From Nageia nagi (lineage: Eukaryota; Plantae; Pinophyta): a DNA stretch of 64,000 nt. The notes below the pieces were generated by a model. The model saw only the letters and a program-made list of their open reading frames with translations. It was not told the origin of the DNA and made no database searches. Location: assembly GCA_050084985.1 (NCBI GenBank), contig JBITNC010000001.1, positions 27,962,001 through 28,026,000 of the forward strand. Direction: 5' to 3'. Of the stretch, positions 40,111 to 51,949 are shown in pieces (positions within the stretch are counted from its first letter, which is position 1; every line of letters starts with the position of its first letter). Position numbers and translations under genes: made by a program.

Positions 40111-43100
40111 AGTTTAGGCTAGCAACTTATGATGATCTCATGGGCCCCCTCCTTTGCGAATTTGTGGATGATATTTAGCACTTGCTTGATGAGCAACGTA
40201 AGGATTGGAGGAAGAGGGGTTGCACTATCATTTCTGATGGGTGGATTATCGAAGGAACAAAATATTAATTAATTTTTTGTTTGCTTCTTTAAGAGGAATT
40301 GTATTCCTCAAATTAATGGATGCATTGGTGGAGGTTGTCTTAGAGGTGAGAGCAAATAATGTTGTCTAACTCATCAGAAGCAATACAACAACATTTGTTG
40401 CCGCAAGTAGAATGTTGGAGCAGAGATTTCCCACCCTTTTTTGACACCATGTGCATCCCATTGTCTCCATTTTCTACTCAAAAGACATTTGCAAATTACC
40501 TTGGGTGGTGGAGGTTGTATAGAAGGGTAGGCCTATCATGAAATTCATTTAAAAACATACATGGGTCCTGTGGCTATGAGTTAGTTGTTGTGCTCAAACA
40601 CGACACACCCCAAACTTTGCAATTTTGAGGACCCAACGTTTTGCTAAGTCATGATCATCAATAAGCTAGAGTCCCGCCTCATGTTATACAAATTCGAAAA
40701 ACCCGTTGAGAACCAAGTGTTGTACTTCCCTCCCAGTCATAGTCATGATGAACTTGTATTTGAAGATATCCAAAATTGACTATGTTTGGAAGATAGGAGA
40801 CTCCGGGGAACAATGTGAGATAGGAGACCAAGTCCTATGACCTGAAAATTTGATTGTCTCAAAAGGTGTTAGTGTCAAAGTTGTCTTTCTTTCAGGAGCA
40901 CTTAGGAGACAAGGCAAAAGAAGGCTAAGCGCATGACTGAAAAACGACAAAGTTATGACTTTTCTAGGCATGTACTTGGACAAGAGGTGCCTCATTTTGG
41001 AATGAAGATGGTCAAAATGCAAAGTTACAGCCTCTGAGATGGATTTTGAAGCGAAAGAAGGGCTCAAAGGGTGAGTGCATGACAAAAAGTCATAAATATG
41101 ACTTTCGAAAGCATGTGCCTAGCTCAAAGACACCTAAGGATCCTGGGCATGGATAAAAAAGACAAAAATGTGACTCTTGGGAGCATGTGCTTGGCTTGAG
41201 GGTGAGGATGTGACTAAGGTGTGACTCCGAAAGCACCCAAATCAGCCCAAAAAGACAAAAGGAGGAGAGTATAGGACAAAAAAATGAAGTCATAATCATG
41301 ACTTTTGGGAGCATGTGCCTGACTTAAAAGGGCTCCTAGATGAACATGAAGATGAAAATATGACTCTTGGGAGCATGTGCTTGGCTTGGATGGCATTCCA
41401 GGAGAATTCAAGGTGAAAAATTGGTTAAGTCCTGACCTTGAAGTCATAAATATGACTTTTCAAGAAATGCGCCAAGCAAAAAAGGCAAGGAAGTGAGCGC
41501 ATGCCAGAAAAAGACATAATCATGAGTTTCTAAAGCATGCGCTTGTGATGAAGAGCCCTCCCATGACTTGAACATGAAAATTCGACTAAGGTATGAGGAA
41601 GAGAGCATCAAAACGAGTCCGAAGTCATACTAGAAGGCAAGCGCATGACAAAAAAAAGTCATAAATATGAGTTTCTGGGACGTGCTCAAGACATGAGAGC
41701 TCCAAGATTGATTCAAGGTGGAAAAAATGACTAAGCATGGGCCTCGAAAACATCGAGACCAAGCAAGAATCATACAAAAGGACCAGCGCATGAGCAAAAA
41801 AGACAAAAGGATGACTTTTTCAAACCTGTGCCATGCCCAAAGAGGTCTAAGGAAGGTGCTAATGCGCAAAAGTGACTAGGTGTTGGACTTGAGACTCCAT
41901 GATCAAACTCAAAATGACCCAGATCATCAAGCGTATGTCTCCAAAAGACCAAAACTTGTCTTCCAAAATCCCACACTCAAAAGGGAGAGACACTTGAGTT
42001 GAGCGCATGATTCGAAAGTCATAATTATGACTTTTTGAGACATGCACCTAAGGGGAGAAGACACCAAAGTCAAACGCATGAGTTAAAGAGGGAAAATTTT
42101 GGTCTACAAGTGGCACATGTATCCCTAGGTTGGCCATCACATTTAATGCACCTCTTTCTAGGCCAATCCTAGCTGACTAGGAACAAATGAAGCCCTAATT
42201 TTGCCTATTAAAGAGGAGTCTACCTTCATTTCACATCACAAATTTGTTCTCTCTTCAAATTCGCTAAGGCATCAAAAGTTAGAATGGCAAGGGCAAGCTC
42301 CAAGATGAAAAGGGAGAAGATTGAGCTAGAATAGGTGGGGAATAATGAGGGCACTTCATCAAAGAAGAACAACATCGACATAGCCAACTTTGATTAGAGC
42401 GTTACATGAAGACTTGGGCCAAAGGGGGAAAGATTGTTGGAATGTATAATGCATTATTGTAAATAGATGTATTAAATCTTCTATGTAAATTCACTAATAC
42501 TTAAAGGTATTATTTGATACCTTAAGTATTTTAGTGAATATAATAATGTAACTTGTCCTACACTCCAAGTCATGAGCATGCCCCTTGGGTCAAAGATGTG
42601 CATGTCATGCTTAGGTCATCCAAAGAGGGATTTTGGCCTATAAATAGAAGGCTCCCTCTTTGTAATGATATACCAATTGTGGAGTAAGGATATGCTCTAG
42701 GATAGAAGTGTAGGAGTTGAGATTAGGAGAATTGTAAGAGAGTTGTATTTGTGAGAGAAGTAAAGATCTAGTTAGTGGATGTACTCCTCGTTGGAGGAAC
42801 CACTTTACATCTTGTGTTGTGAGATTGCTTTGTGTATTTGTTGGATGTAATTGTGAGCTTTCATGTGATCTTGGTAGTTTAGGAATTATATTGTTAATGT
42901 TAGTTCCTACAAATTGGTATCAGAGCTTGTGTGAAAGCTCTTATTTTTGGTGTGGAAGCTCTTCTTCAACATCTTTGGAGTTTCCTCTTCATATCCTTGG
43001 AGACTACTCAACGTGGAGGTTGTTTTTCATCTTACACTTCCTTGTTGAGGTAAACTTAAGAAAAGGTATAAATTCCTCCATTATTTTTTGATTATTTTAT

Positions 43101-45444
43101 TATGATTCTAACATCCTTTTGTTGAGCCAATTTTTTTTAAGGAAATATATTTATATATTATTGCTATGAATTTTCTTTACTAAGACTATTTAAACAAAAA
43201 AAAAAAAAAAACTTTAGCAATAATATGTTATATTTTCTTTCAAAGGATGCAATTTTTTTTTTGGTCCACAAATTTGTAAAGCAATTTTACAATAAAAATT
43301 GCATTCATAAACAAAAAAAAATTAAAACAAAGGGGCGGCAAAATGTTTGTTACAAATAGTTCTAATCTATATGATTTATGCACTCATATTTGTTATTTGT
43401 TTTATTTTAACAACTTTATTTGGGTGCTACGTGGCCTTGAATGCCCCTTGCTTGCTCTCTCACGGCTTGCATGTGTTAGCCTTTTGTTTGATGTCTTGCC
43501 ACCTCTGTGGTTGTCTGCACCCCTTCCTTCTCATGGAATCCCAAGCACTTCGATCCTTTGTGGCCGATTGAATGTAAACGCACTTATCCATGGCTGTTAT
43601 CAAACATGTTCATTGCGCGCAACTCTTCTCCTTGCGCTACCTTTCCTGTTTCACTTCCACTGAGTTTTCATTGCTTGTAGGGAGGGCAGATGAATCATTG
43701 CTGGCGCATCCTCGATGGTGGTATCAATCACCTTGGCTCCTCCTTTCCTCTCGACTAGGGCCACGAACTATCTTTCCTGCAATTTTACTCCTCACAACGC
43801 TTGAAACCTGGAATAGTTTTTGTTTTATCCGGATTGAGGTGCCACCGTCGTCGAGTCAGACATGTTGGATCTTCGACCTCCTTTGTTTTGTTTTCCTTCT
43901 GGAACATCTTTGCATGGCATCCCGTCCTTTGTTTCCCTGTTCACGAAACGGCCAGACCAAAGCCGCACCTTACACAAAAACAAATCCCTTCGAGAGGTTG
44001 GTCGCGAATACCAATAAGTAGCTCTCTGCTCCACACGCGCGCAGGAACCTGCACCATGTGATTTCAACAGCAATGGTACCTATCCGTATCGAACAACCAG
44101 GTTCAACAGCTGTCACAATCCCCGCACTTGTATTTCTTCTTCCTTGCCACCCCTTATCCGTTTATGGTGGCGCCTATGGGCCATGACTTCTCCTTTCTCC
44201 TCACCTACACCCTCACCTACACCATGAAAGTCGACTCCTTTGTTGATTCTTCTCTTCTCTGCGCCTTGAATTCTTTTGCCGTCGCCCATTTTTTTTGACT
44301 TTGGCGCTTTTACTAAATACAAATTCCATTTATGTGACCATTGACTTAGCATAATATTCCACCTGATTGCGTTGTGATAATGACAAATTTGACTTTGGTA
44401 ATTGGAATCACAATTATTTGAGCAACGTTGTTCAAAGCACACTTGGTGCATATACGTACTCTTGTATCAATTGATGGAGAGTGAGAGTGTCGTTTTGCTT
44501 ATTATTGAAGTAATCATGTGCATCTTCCACTACTGGAGCTTCTTGCGCCCGTTCATTTGTTTTGTTTGCCCCTGTCTATTTTTTAAAGGATTCCTCTCTT
44601 ATTGCCCTCTTTACTCAATTTTGTTAGAGGATCTTATTTTTTATTGTTGAGTATTTTACTTAATGCATTAAAGGGGAGTAATTTACTTATTGCATTAAGG
44701 GGGAGTATTTTACTTAGCTTAAAGACTTAAGTTAAATATTTTTAAGTCACAAACGCATGATTTTTTTAAAGGTCTCTCTTGTTTTTAAGTAAAAGAGGGG
44801 AGAGTGGTCTAAATTTTTTACTTAAATTTTTAGCGCATGCTTCTTACTAAGGCTTAATTTTGAATGCATGCTCAAGAACTTAAATTTTCTAAGTTAATGG
44901 TACATGCTTAGTACTTAACTTTAAATGCTGCATGCTTAATACTTATGCTTAGTTCTTAACCTTAAATGATGCATGCTTAGAACTTAAATTTTTTAAGTTG
45001 ATGTTGCATGCTTAAGACTTAATTCCTTAAGTTAAAAGATACATGTTAAGTATTTATCTTTTATGATAAGATAACTTATGCAAACTTTTGGAAAGAACTT
45101 AAAATTTAAGTTAAATATTTTTAAGTCAAAAATGCATGCTTAGGACTTAAAATTGTTGAAGATTCAAGCTTATGACTTAAAATGCATGATTATACCTCTT
45201 AAATTCTAGTTTTTATGAAACAATAATGCATGCTTAAGTTTTTTGGATTGATGCATACTTCTTTATGTTAATAATGCATACTTATACTTATGGGATTGAT
45301 GTATGCTCTTATGCAAAGTTAATGGACTTGTGCAAAATAAGAGATGATGTAACGATGTCTTTTAGGGGTTAGTAAACAAAACCCATTGGACACTTAGGTT
45401 TTGCGTTATTGAATGGATGATATTTTTATTTATGCTCGTTTATT

Positions 45445-46046
45445 TCATGTTTCGCATTTTTGATTTATTTGTTTATGCAAACAAAAATGCAAACATTGAT
45501 ATGAGCAACCCCCTAAAATGAACACATCTGCACTTACATTCCGCAACATGACTTGTTTGGGGAGCCATGAGGTGAGGACAGACAGATTGGAGCCTTTAAG
45601 TTCGACGATCCAAGTGGTGAAAAGTTCGTATTGCTTAATTGCCTTTAAGTCCTCTGTTGGTCTGGATTTAACTCCAATAGGTGGACAGGTATGTGTGTAG
45701 TGATACCACATATCTGCATGTCCATTCAGGGATTATCTTGATAACGTAGGAGGAAAACTTGAAACCTAATCAAGATTAATAATTTGGCCGATCCAATAAA
45801 CATCGGAACTTTGGAAAATAGCTCGTACGTCTCCTTGTGAGAGTATATTGCTACCCAAGGGGAACTGGTTGAGGATTGGTAGAACCTAGGCTTTTCTTGT
45901 GTGGGCATCCAGGTGAAGGCCTAATTTTAGACAAGACAACAAGCCTCAACAATGTCGCTCTATATTCAATGGTGTTCTTTTTTATGTTGTGCTATGGTGA
46001 TTTGTTCTACAAGCACGAGGGTTCGTTCATCCTTGTTTACTAGCAT
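45445..46046 (-). pseudogene. Third antisense ~200-codon degenerate ORF (ORF C), unknown
   Basis: MLVNKDERTLVLVEQITIAQHKKEHH*I*SDIVEACCLV*N*AFTWMPTQEKPRFY...[frameshift]...HADMWYHYTHTCPP...KCET*; the stops are compatible with C>T decay of CGA/CAG/CAA. Confidence 0.4.
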
Positions 46047-46214
46047 TATTCTGTTTTGTGCATCATTATTTATGATGTCTTTAAATTAAATTATTGTATT
46101 TGCGGCTTATCTTGAGAACTTGGAACTTTATCCAATAAATGATTTAATACAAGATAGAAACAAAAAATAATATTTTCGAAAAATTCCACTCACAAACTCG
46201 AGTGGATAGACAAA

Positions 46215-46777
46215 CTAAGTAGAATCATGATTGGGACAGTTGGAGTTAGAACTCTCAAGATTTGTAATAGGAGAACTAGGTATATGGAATAATGCATCAC
46301 GAGTAATCAGGGCAAAACAACACCTGATGTCGAAAAATGGGTAGTACACCCATTGATCCCCTTCTCGCGTTAGTTGTGCAACATAAGTGGACTCCCAATG
46401 AAGATCTCGTCACCATACTGTAAGCGCAACAGTATAAGGGTGACAGTCCTCATGAGGATGCAGCCTTGAAGGACCTGGATAGTGCAAAAAATGGAAGACA
46501 AAAGGTGTCCACGAACAATAAAGAATGATCTTCCATGTCCAGTTCAGACGACAGACAAGTTGAGTATGAGGCGCAATTGCTCAATATCCTCCAAGTGATG
46601 GATAAAGCAAATTGCCGATTGACGGAGACTTCGATCACCTTGTATGCGAACCAGGTTTTGTCGCATCGCAGTTTGTAGTGCAATGTAAGCACGTTGTAAG
46701 ACTCGACCTTGAATACATCGATAAAGAATGTCTTGGGGAAGATCCGCACGCAGACCTTGGAAAATGGTCATATCCAT
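46215..46777 (-). pseudogene. Paralogue of ORF A (ORF B) with one frameshift and one stop
   Basis: MDMTIFQGLRADLPQDILYRC...[frameshift ~46545]...NWTWKIILY...YPGPSRLHPHEDCHPYTVALTVW*RDLHWESTY...DST*; 563 nt versus 564 nt for ORF A; TATAAAT ~80 nt upstream. Confidence 0.75.
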
Positions 46778-47025
46778 GATGACTGACAAAGTTAGCTCTC
46801 TCTGAAGGTTACATACATAAGTGAAAATGATGATGATCAACTAGAATACAATGAATTTATAGAATTTCCAAACTAACTAGATCATCGATCATAAATAGGA
46901 ACATTAAAATGGATCAACAATACAAGCACAATAACCAATGTGACCTTGTCCTTTATTTTATTACAACGTTAGAAAAGATTTCCATCGACAAGCCCAAGTG
47001 GGTGGCATTTACGGCTTGATTAATG

Positions 47026-47589
47026 CTAGTCTAGTACATGGTCACCAAAATCCGAAGTAGCATCATCTTCAGATATGCTAGAATCGGATGTGTTTAATCC
47101 CAAAAGATATTGATGTGAAAGAGGTGGAAAGTGATAAAAAAATGAAAATCGGTGGCACAAAATACGATGTCCATCTTGCAAAGTAATACGAAAAGAGTAC
47201 GTGGATGACCATTGAAGCCCATGATGACAAATTGCCCATGCAACAGTGATTGGTTCGAAATACTCCTGTGGATGTAGGCATGGCGGTCCAATGTAGCATA
47301 CAAATTGCAACAGATAGCGATTGAACGGAGTATAAACCAATATACGCCATGTCCAATCAGACCGATTAAGCAAATGAAATAATTGGTGCACATGATCTTC
47401 ATGATTGATATGGAAAATCATGCACATACCAAAATGATCGTCTAGGTACAATTGCAAAAATACTAGTCGTTGTTGCAATAAACCCTCAAACGCGATCAAA
47501 GCACAATTTTCTAAAGTTGCATGAACACTGCGATGCACTATGTTATCCTGGAGATCGTTCGGTAGGGCATGAAACTGAGACATATCCAT
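47026..47589 (-). CDS. Intact 187-aa element-encoded protein of unknown function (ORF A) with an F-box-like N-terminus
   Basis: Uninterrupted ATG-to-TAG ORF; TTATAAATA ~65 nt upstream on the same strand; LPNDLQDNI fits LPxD/ELxxxI; a full-length diverged paralogue next door supports coding status. Confidence 0.7.
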   Translation of the reverse strand: MDMSQFHALPNDLQDNIVHRSVHATLENCALIAFEGLLQQRLVFLQLYLDDHFGMCMIFHINHEDHVHQLFHLLNRSDWTWRILVYTPFNRYLLQFVCYIGPPCLHPQEYFEPITVAWAICHHGLQWSSTYSFRITLQDGHRILCHRFSFFYHFPPLSHQYLLGLNTSDSSISEDDATSDFGDHVLD

Positions 47590-47885
47590 GACGGATAATA
47601 GCTCAAATCATAAATGCAAAGCGTTGAATGACAAGCAAGGGTCATTTACAACTATTTATAACGCATATGATTTGATATATTCAACTATAATAATTATGCC
47701 AACTGGAGAAAAAGATTTGCGGCGATAAAATATCTCACCTACCACTCATTTAATTGAGTGAAGTCATACGCATCATGTCATGTTAAGACGACAATAATGA
47801 TAGTACCACTAAGCCGCGTAATGACTAAGTCATCGTTGTGCTATTATTTTCTCTCCTCTTGACTTTTAAGTTGGATAGTTTACTC

Positions 47886-48378
47886 ATGAACGATAGGTTG
47901 ATCGTCATGACTTCCACAGAGAATTTTACTGCACACATGGGAAGTTCTTCCTTGAGTTCTAATACAGAAACAAACATATGGGTAGACTTAGAGAATGCCT
48001 ACCTTTGCCATGAACTGGCTATCACAAAGGCCGAAATGGAAATAATGGGCCAACGTTATGATATGCTACAACAAGAGAAAGCTGTATGTATACAGCAGTA
48101 CCATGAATTCTTGGATGAGCACAATAAACTACTAGCTGAGAAAAATGTGGCAATTACAAGCCAAAGAGTTTGAGACACAACTTAGGCGCAATGCAAACTA
48201 TAGCTGCTATGGAATGCGACAATTAAAAGATAAGTGGAAGTAACGAGCCTTCCAGTATAAGGCTATCCTTCGCCACTTTGGTATTCACATTCCAAAGGAC
48301 ATAGCATCTCAACCTTCTATGGATCCTATCGTAGTTGACCCACAATCTCAATCACAACAATCAACCGCTCTGGTATAG
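47886..48378 (+). pseudogene. Sense ORF D, coiled-coil-like, divergent from ORF A
   Basis: MNDRLIVM...ELAITKAEMEIMGQRYDMLQQEKAVCIQQYHEFLDEHNKLLAEKNVA [frameshift] LQAKEFETQLRRNANYSCYGMRQLKDKWK*RAFQYKAILRHFGIHIP...ALV*. Confidence 0.55.
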
Positions 48379-48714
48379 AATGGACATTCCTATACCAAAA
48401 CCACGTGTTTTTTATTCACCACGCCCCGTTCTGAAGTAGGGTTGGTGACATATCCCTCCAAGGGGAGTATTGGTTGAATTCTTATTGAATTCTTTATTGG
48501 CTATTGTAATATATATATGTAGACTTTTCCAAATCCAAACAAGTTCTTGATGAAACAACTACAACTCTGTTCATCTACATTTTGTTGTTATTTTCATGTT
48601 GGGAAGGTGGATCCATTTTGATGGATTATGTTACATTACTAAATTCAAGTCTCTTTTGTTGATGGCTTTGTGTTGTAGTGTTGATTTTGTTGTACACATT
48701 TGTGGTAAGTTTGC

Positions 48715-49145
48715 TCTGCATGAGGAACTTGTTGTACAACTTGGCCTATCTTGCACTGTTCAGTTATCCATATGTGAGGAATTCTTATGTCTTTTGACAC
48801 TGTTCAGTTATCCATATGCGAGGAACTCGTATGTGCATACTCTATATTTTGGCCTATCTTGCACTGTTCAGTTATCCACATGTGAGGAACTCTTATGTGT
48901 CTTTTGGCATTGTTCAGTTATCCATATGTGAGGAACTCGTATGTGCATGCTTTGTTCTAGCATTGTTCAGTTATCCATATGTGAGGAACTCTTATGTGTC
49001 TTTTGGCACTGTTTAGTTATCCATATGTGAAGAACTCATATGTGCATGCTTTATTCTAGCACTGTTCAGTTATCCATATGAGAGGAACTCTTATGTGTCG
49101 TTTGGCACTGTTCAGTTATCCATATGTGAGGAACTCGTATGTGCT
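48715..49145. repeat. Tandem array of ~42-60-bp units
   Basis: Core cactgttcagttatccatatgtgaggaactc(t/g)tatgtg repeated about 8 times, with alternating spacers. Confidence 0.9.
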
Positions 49146-49191
49146 TGCTATCTTTGTAATGATAATCAACACATGTTTTTATGTACAACAT

Positions 49192-49380
49192 GTGACTATA
49201 AGTATTGGCTTGGCATTCTCAGTGATGATTTATAGTGCACCACAAAATCCATGTATTTTTTGTTGACTATAAGTATTGGCTTGGCATCTTCGTGATGACT
49301 TATAGTGCAACATAAATTCAAGTACTTGTTGGTGACTATAAGCATTGGCTTGGCATCTCCGTGATGGCTTATAGTGCACT
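49192..49380. repeat. Three ~70-bp hairpin-forming repeats
   Basis: gactataag(t/c)attggcttggcat...gtgatg(a/g)(t/c)ttatagtgca x3; actataag / cttatagt arms. Confidence 0.85.
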
Positions 49381-51949
49381 TGTGGCCACATTTTTTTTCT
49401 TTTTCCATGACGATGGAAGATACTTCCATGATGATGGAAGCTTGATCCATGACGATGGATTCTTTACAAATGGTTGATGAAATTTGAGTCATTTCGATTG
49501 ATTCATGCTATCGATTTCATCATTTTCCTCTTAACTAGTAGCATGGTTAAGCTAGACTTCTACTTGGCTTACTCTTGGTAAAGTCAAGTTTATTTATTGT
49601 GGCATCTTGACTCACTCTTGGTAAAGTCAAGTTTCTTTGTGGTACTTAAGATGGCATTTTGTGCCTTATGATATTTGTTTTGCCTGTAACTCTTGGTGTC
49701 CATATTGATCATGTTGGCATTTCTTCCTGGCGTGCTATACATGTATTTGTTTGATGAAGTCGTCATCAAGGGGGAGAACTTGTCTGTATTGTTGTGATGA
49801 CACTCCTCATATAAAACAAATACACAAGTGCACAAGTGATAGTGCACGTCTTGATATATGCACAAGTGATATTTTTAGATATCATACTTGATGATTTATG
49901 TCATCCTTGTTGTTGTGCATTTATGATGCTTTATTATGATCAGTGTATGTATAGTGTGATTCATCTATCCTTGTTCATATAAATATGATGCATCTACTGA
50001 TATTGTTATTTGAGCTGCTTATGATTTGCAGGTTTCTTTGAGATTGCAGGTTGCTTACCTCAAGTATGCAGGCTCTTCGAGACTCTTCAAACTTCTAGTT
50101 GGATGACTACTTCATGTACATTGAAACCAGTTGTGGTTAATGATTGTATTTGGTAAAGTAGTGAGTCTCAAACTAGATCTTTCTTCCTTCACAAATATGT
50201 AAAAAGTTCTCATCTTCGTTGTATCTGTTTGGAGAACTCTCTTACTTTCTCTTCTTCTTCTCTTACTCGCTCTATCCCAATATTGCATTAAGGGGGAGTG
50301 TTGGAATGTTTAATGCATTATTGTAAATATATGTATTAAATCTTCTATGTAAATTCACTAATACTTAAAGGTAATATATGATACCTTAAGTATTTTAGTG
50401 AATATAATAATGTAACTTGTCCTACACTCCAAGTCATGAGCATGCCCTTTAGGTCAAAGATGTGCATGTCATGCTTAGATCATCCAAAAAGGGATTTTGG
50501 CCTATAAATAGAAGGCTCTCTCTTTTTAATGATATACCAATTGTGAAGTAAGGATATGCTCTAGGATAGAAGTGTAGGAGTTGAGATTAGGAGAATTGTA
50601 AGAGAGTTGTATTTGTGAGAGAAGTAAAGATCTAGTTAGTGGATGTACTTCTAGTTGGAGGAACCACTTTACATCTTGTGTTGTGAGATTGCTTTGTGTA
50701 TTTGTTGGATGTAATTGTGAGCTTTCATGTGATTTTGGTAGTTTAGGAATTATATTGTTAATGTTAGTTCCTACAAAGATGAGTCCACAACAACTCACTA
50801 TGTAAAAAAATTCATCTTCAAGGTCAATAATACCTGATTCGAAGAAATCTCAAGACTTGGAGGATCATACCTAGAAGATGGAGGTCAACAAGATCAAGAC
50901 CACATGAGCAGAGCGGATCAAAGAACTAAGAAGGATTGCAGAAGAATTGGAGGAGAGCCAAAAGAATCAGTCTTGAAGAAGATAACATGCTCTCGAGGCC
51001 ATACCATCCTCAAGATAGGGTGACCATTCAAGAGCCAAGACATCCTTGATGTGCTTGATAGTTATAGAATGTGAAGTGTTCAAGTATTGCAGAGATGAAG
51101 AAGATGGATGAATTCATGAGTATCAACTAGATGGAGGCGTTGTGCTGGAAGTGCAAAAATTTGCATTTTTTTTATTTCACTTAATTTCATTTCATTTTGG
51201 ACCTTAAAACACTATTCATTTTGATTCAACTTTGTGATGGATGAGGATTTGCTCCCACAGGAATTGACTAAATCTTGTAATGACATTTGACATCGTTTCA
51301 GTAGACCACTAGTAATTAGGTTTTATTTCAAGTAATTTCATTTGAATTTGCATTAGGGTTAGGGCAACACTTAGGGTTGTGACCCAAAATTATTTAGTCC
51401 TTGAGGGCTCATTTTAAAGGGAGGATGATCATTTTTTCTCAAGAGGAGCTATTTGGAACTTGCTAATATTTTTAACACTCCTTCGTATGTGAATGTTGTG
51501 CATAACTCAAACAAATCAAGACCGGTTTCAATTTATGGGATTATGGACTTGAGTACTTGTACTTAGTGTTTACTTGTGGTTTTTATATGAATTGTATGAT
51601 ATCCATTCGATAAGCATTGTGCACTCTTTTGCATGCAAATGGATATATGTTAGTGAAGTTCTTTCTATATCGTTTGGTTTGATGGACTTCTCATGTTGCA
51701 CTTGGTAACATTGTTATAGGCTTCATCTTACTCACAACTTGGACTTTGTTATTTGTGGCAAGGATTGGATAAGGGAGTAGGCACATCATAATAAACCCAA
51801 AGAGAAGGTTATCTAACCTCTAATCCATTGGTGAACTTGTCTTTGAATGAACTCACCTCATATGCCATCATCCCCAATTTTCATTTCCTTTTACCTTTAC
51901 TTTGTTATTTTTTTTTTTTTTACCATCAAAAGTTTATCCTTCCAATTGG

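Larger units (their letters stand above)
42435..50775 (+). mobile_element. 8341-bp non-autonomous Copia-like LTR element with a multi-ORF cassette
   Basis: LTRs 42435-42911 and 50299-50775 (477 bp each, ~14 substitutions by eye); perfect TSD AAGAT; PBS TGGTATCAGAGC at 42915-42926; PPT TTAAGGGGGAG; extra AGGGG(G)AG motifs near 44672, 44698, 48461 and 49769; no gag, protease, INT or RT motifs seen. Confidence 0.93.

Noticed and set aside
43533-44186. Fifth ORF of the cassette (sense)
   Set aside because: Needs read-through of three stops and has no paralogue or motif support; mentioned only as possible
48715-49380. CRISPR-like repeat/spacer appearance
   Set aside because: Spacers are themselves repeated and short, there are no cas genes, and the context is a eukaryotic retroelement
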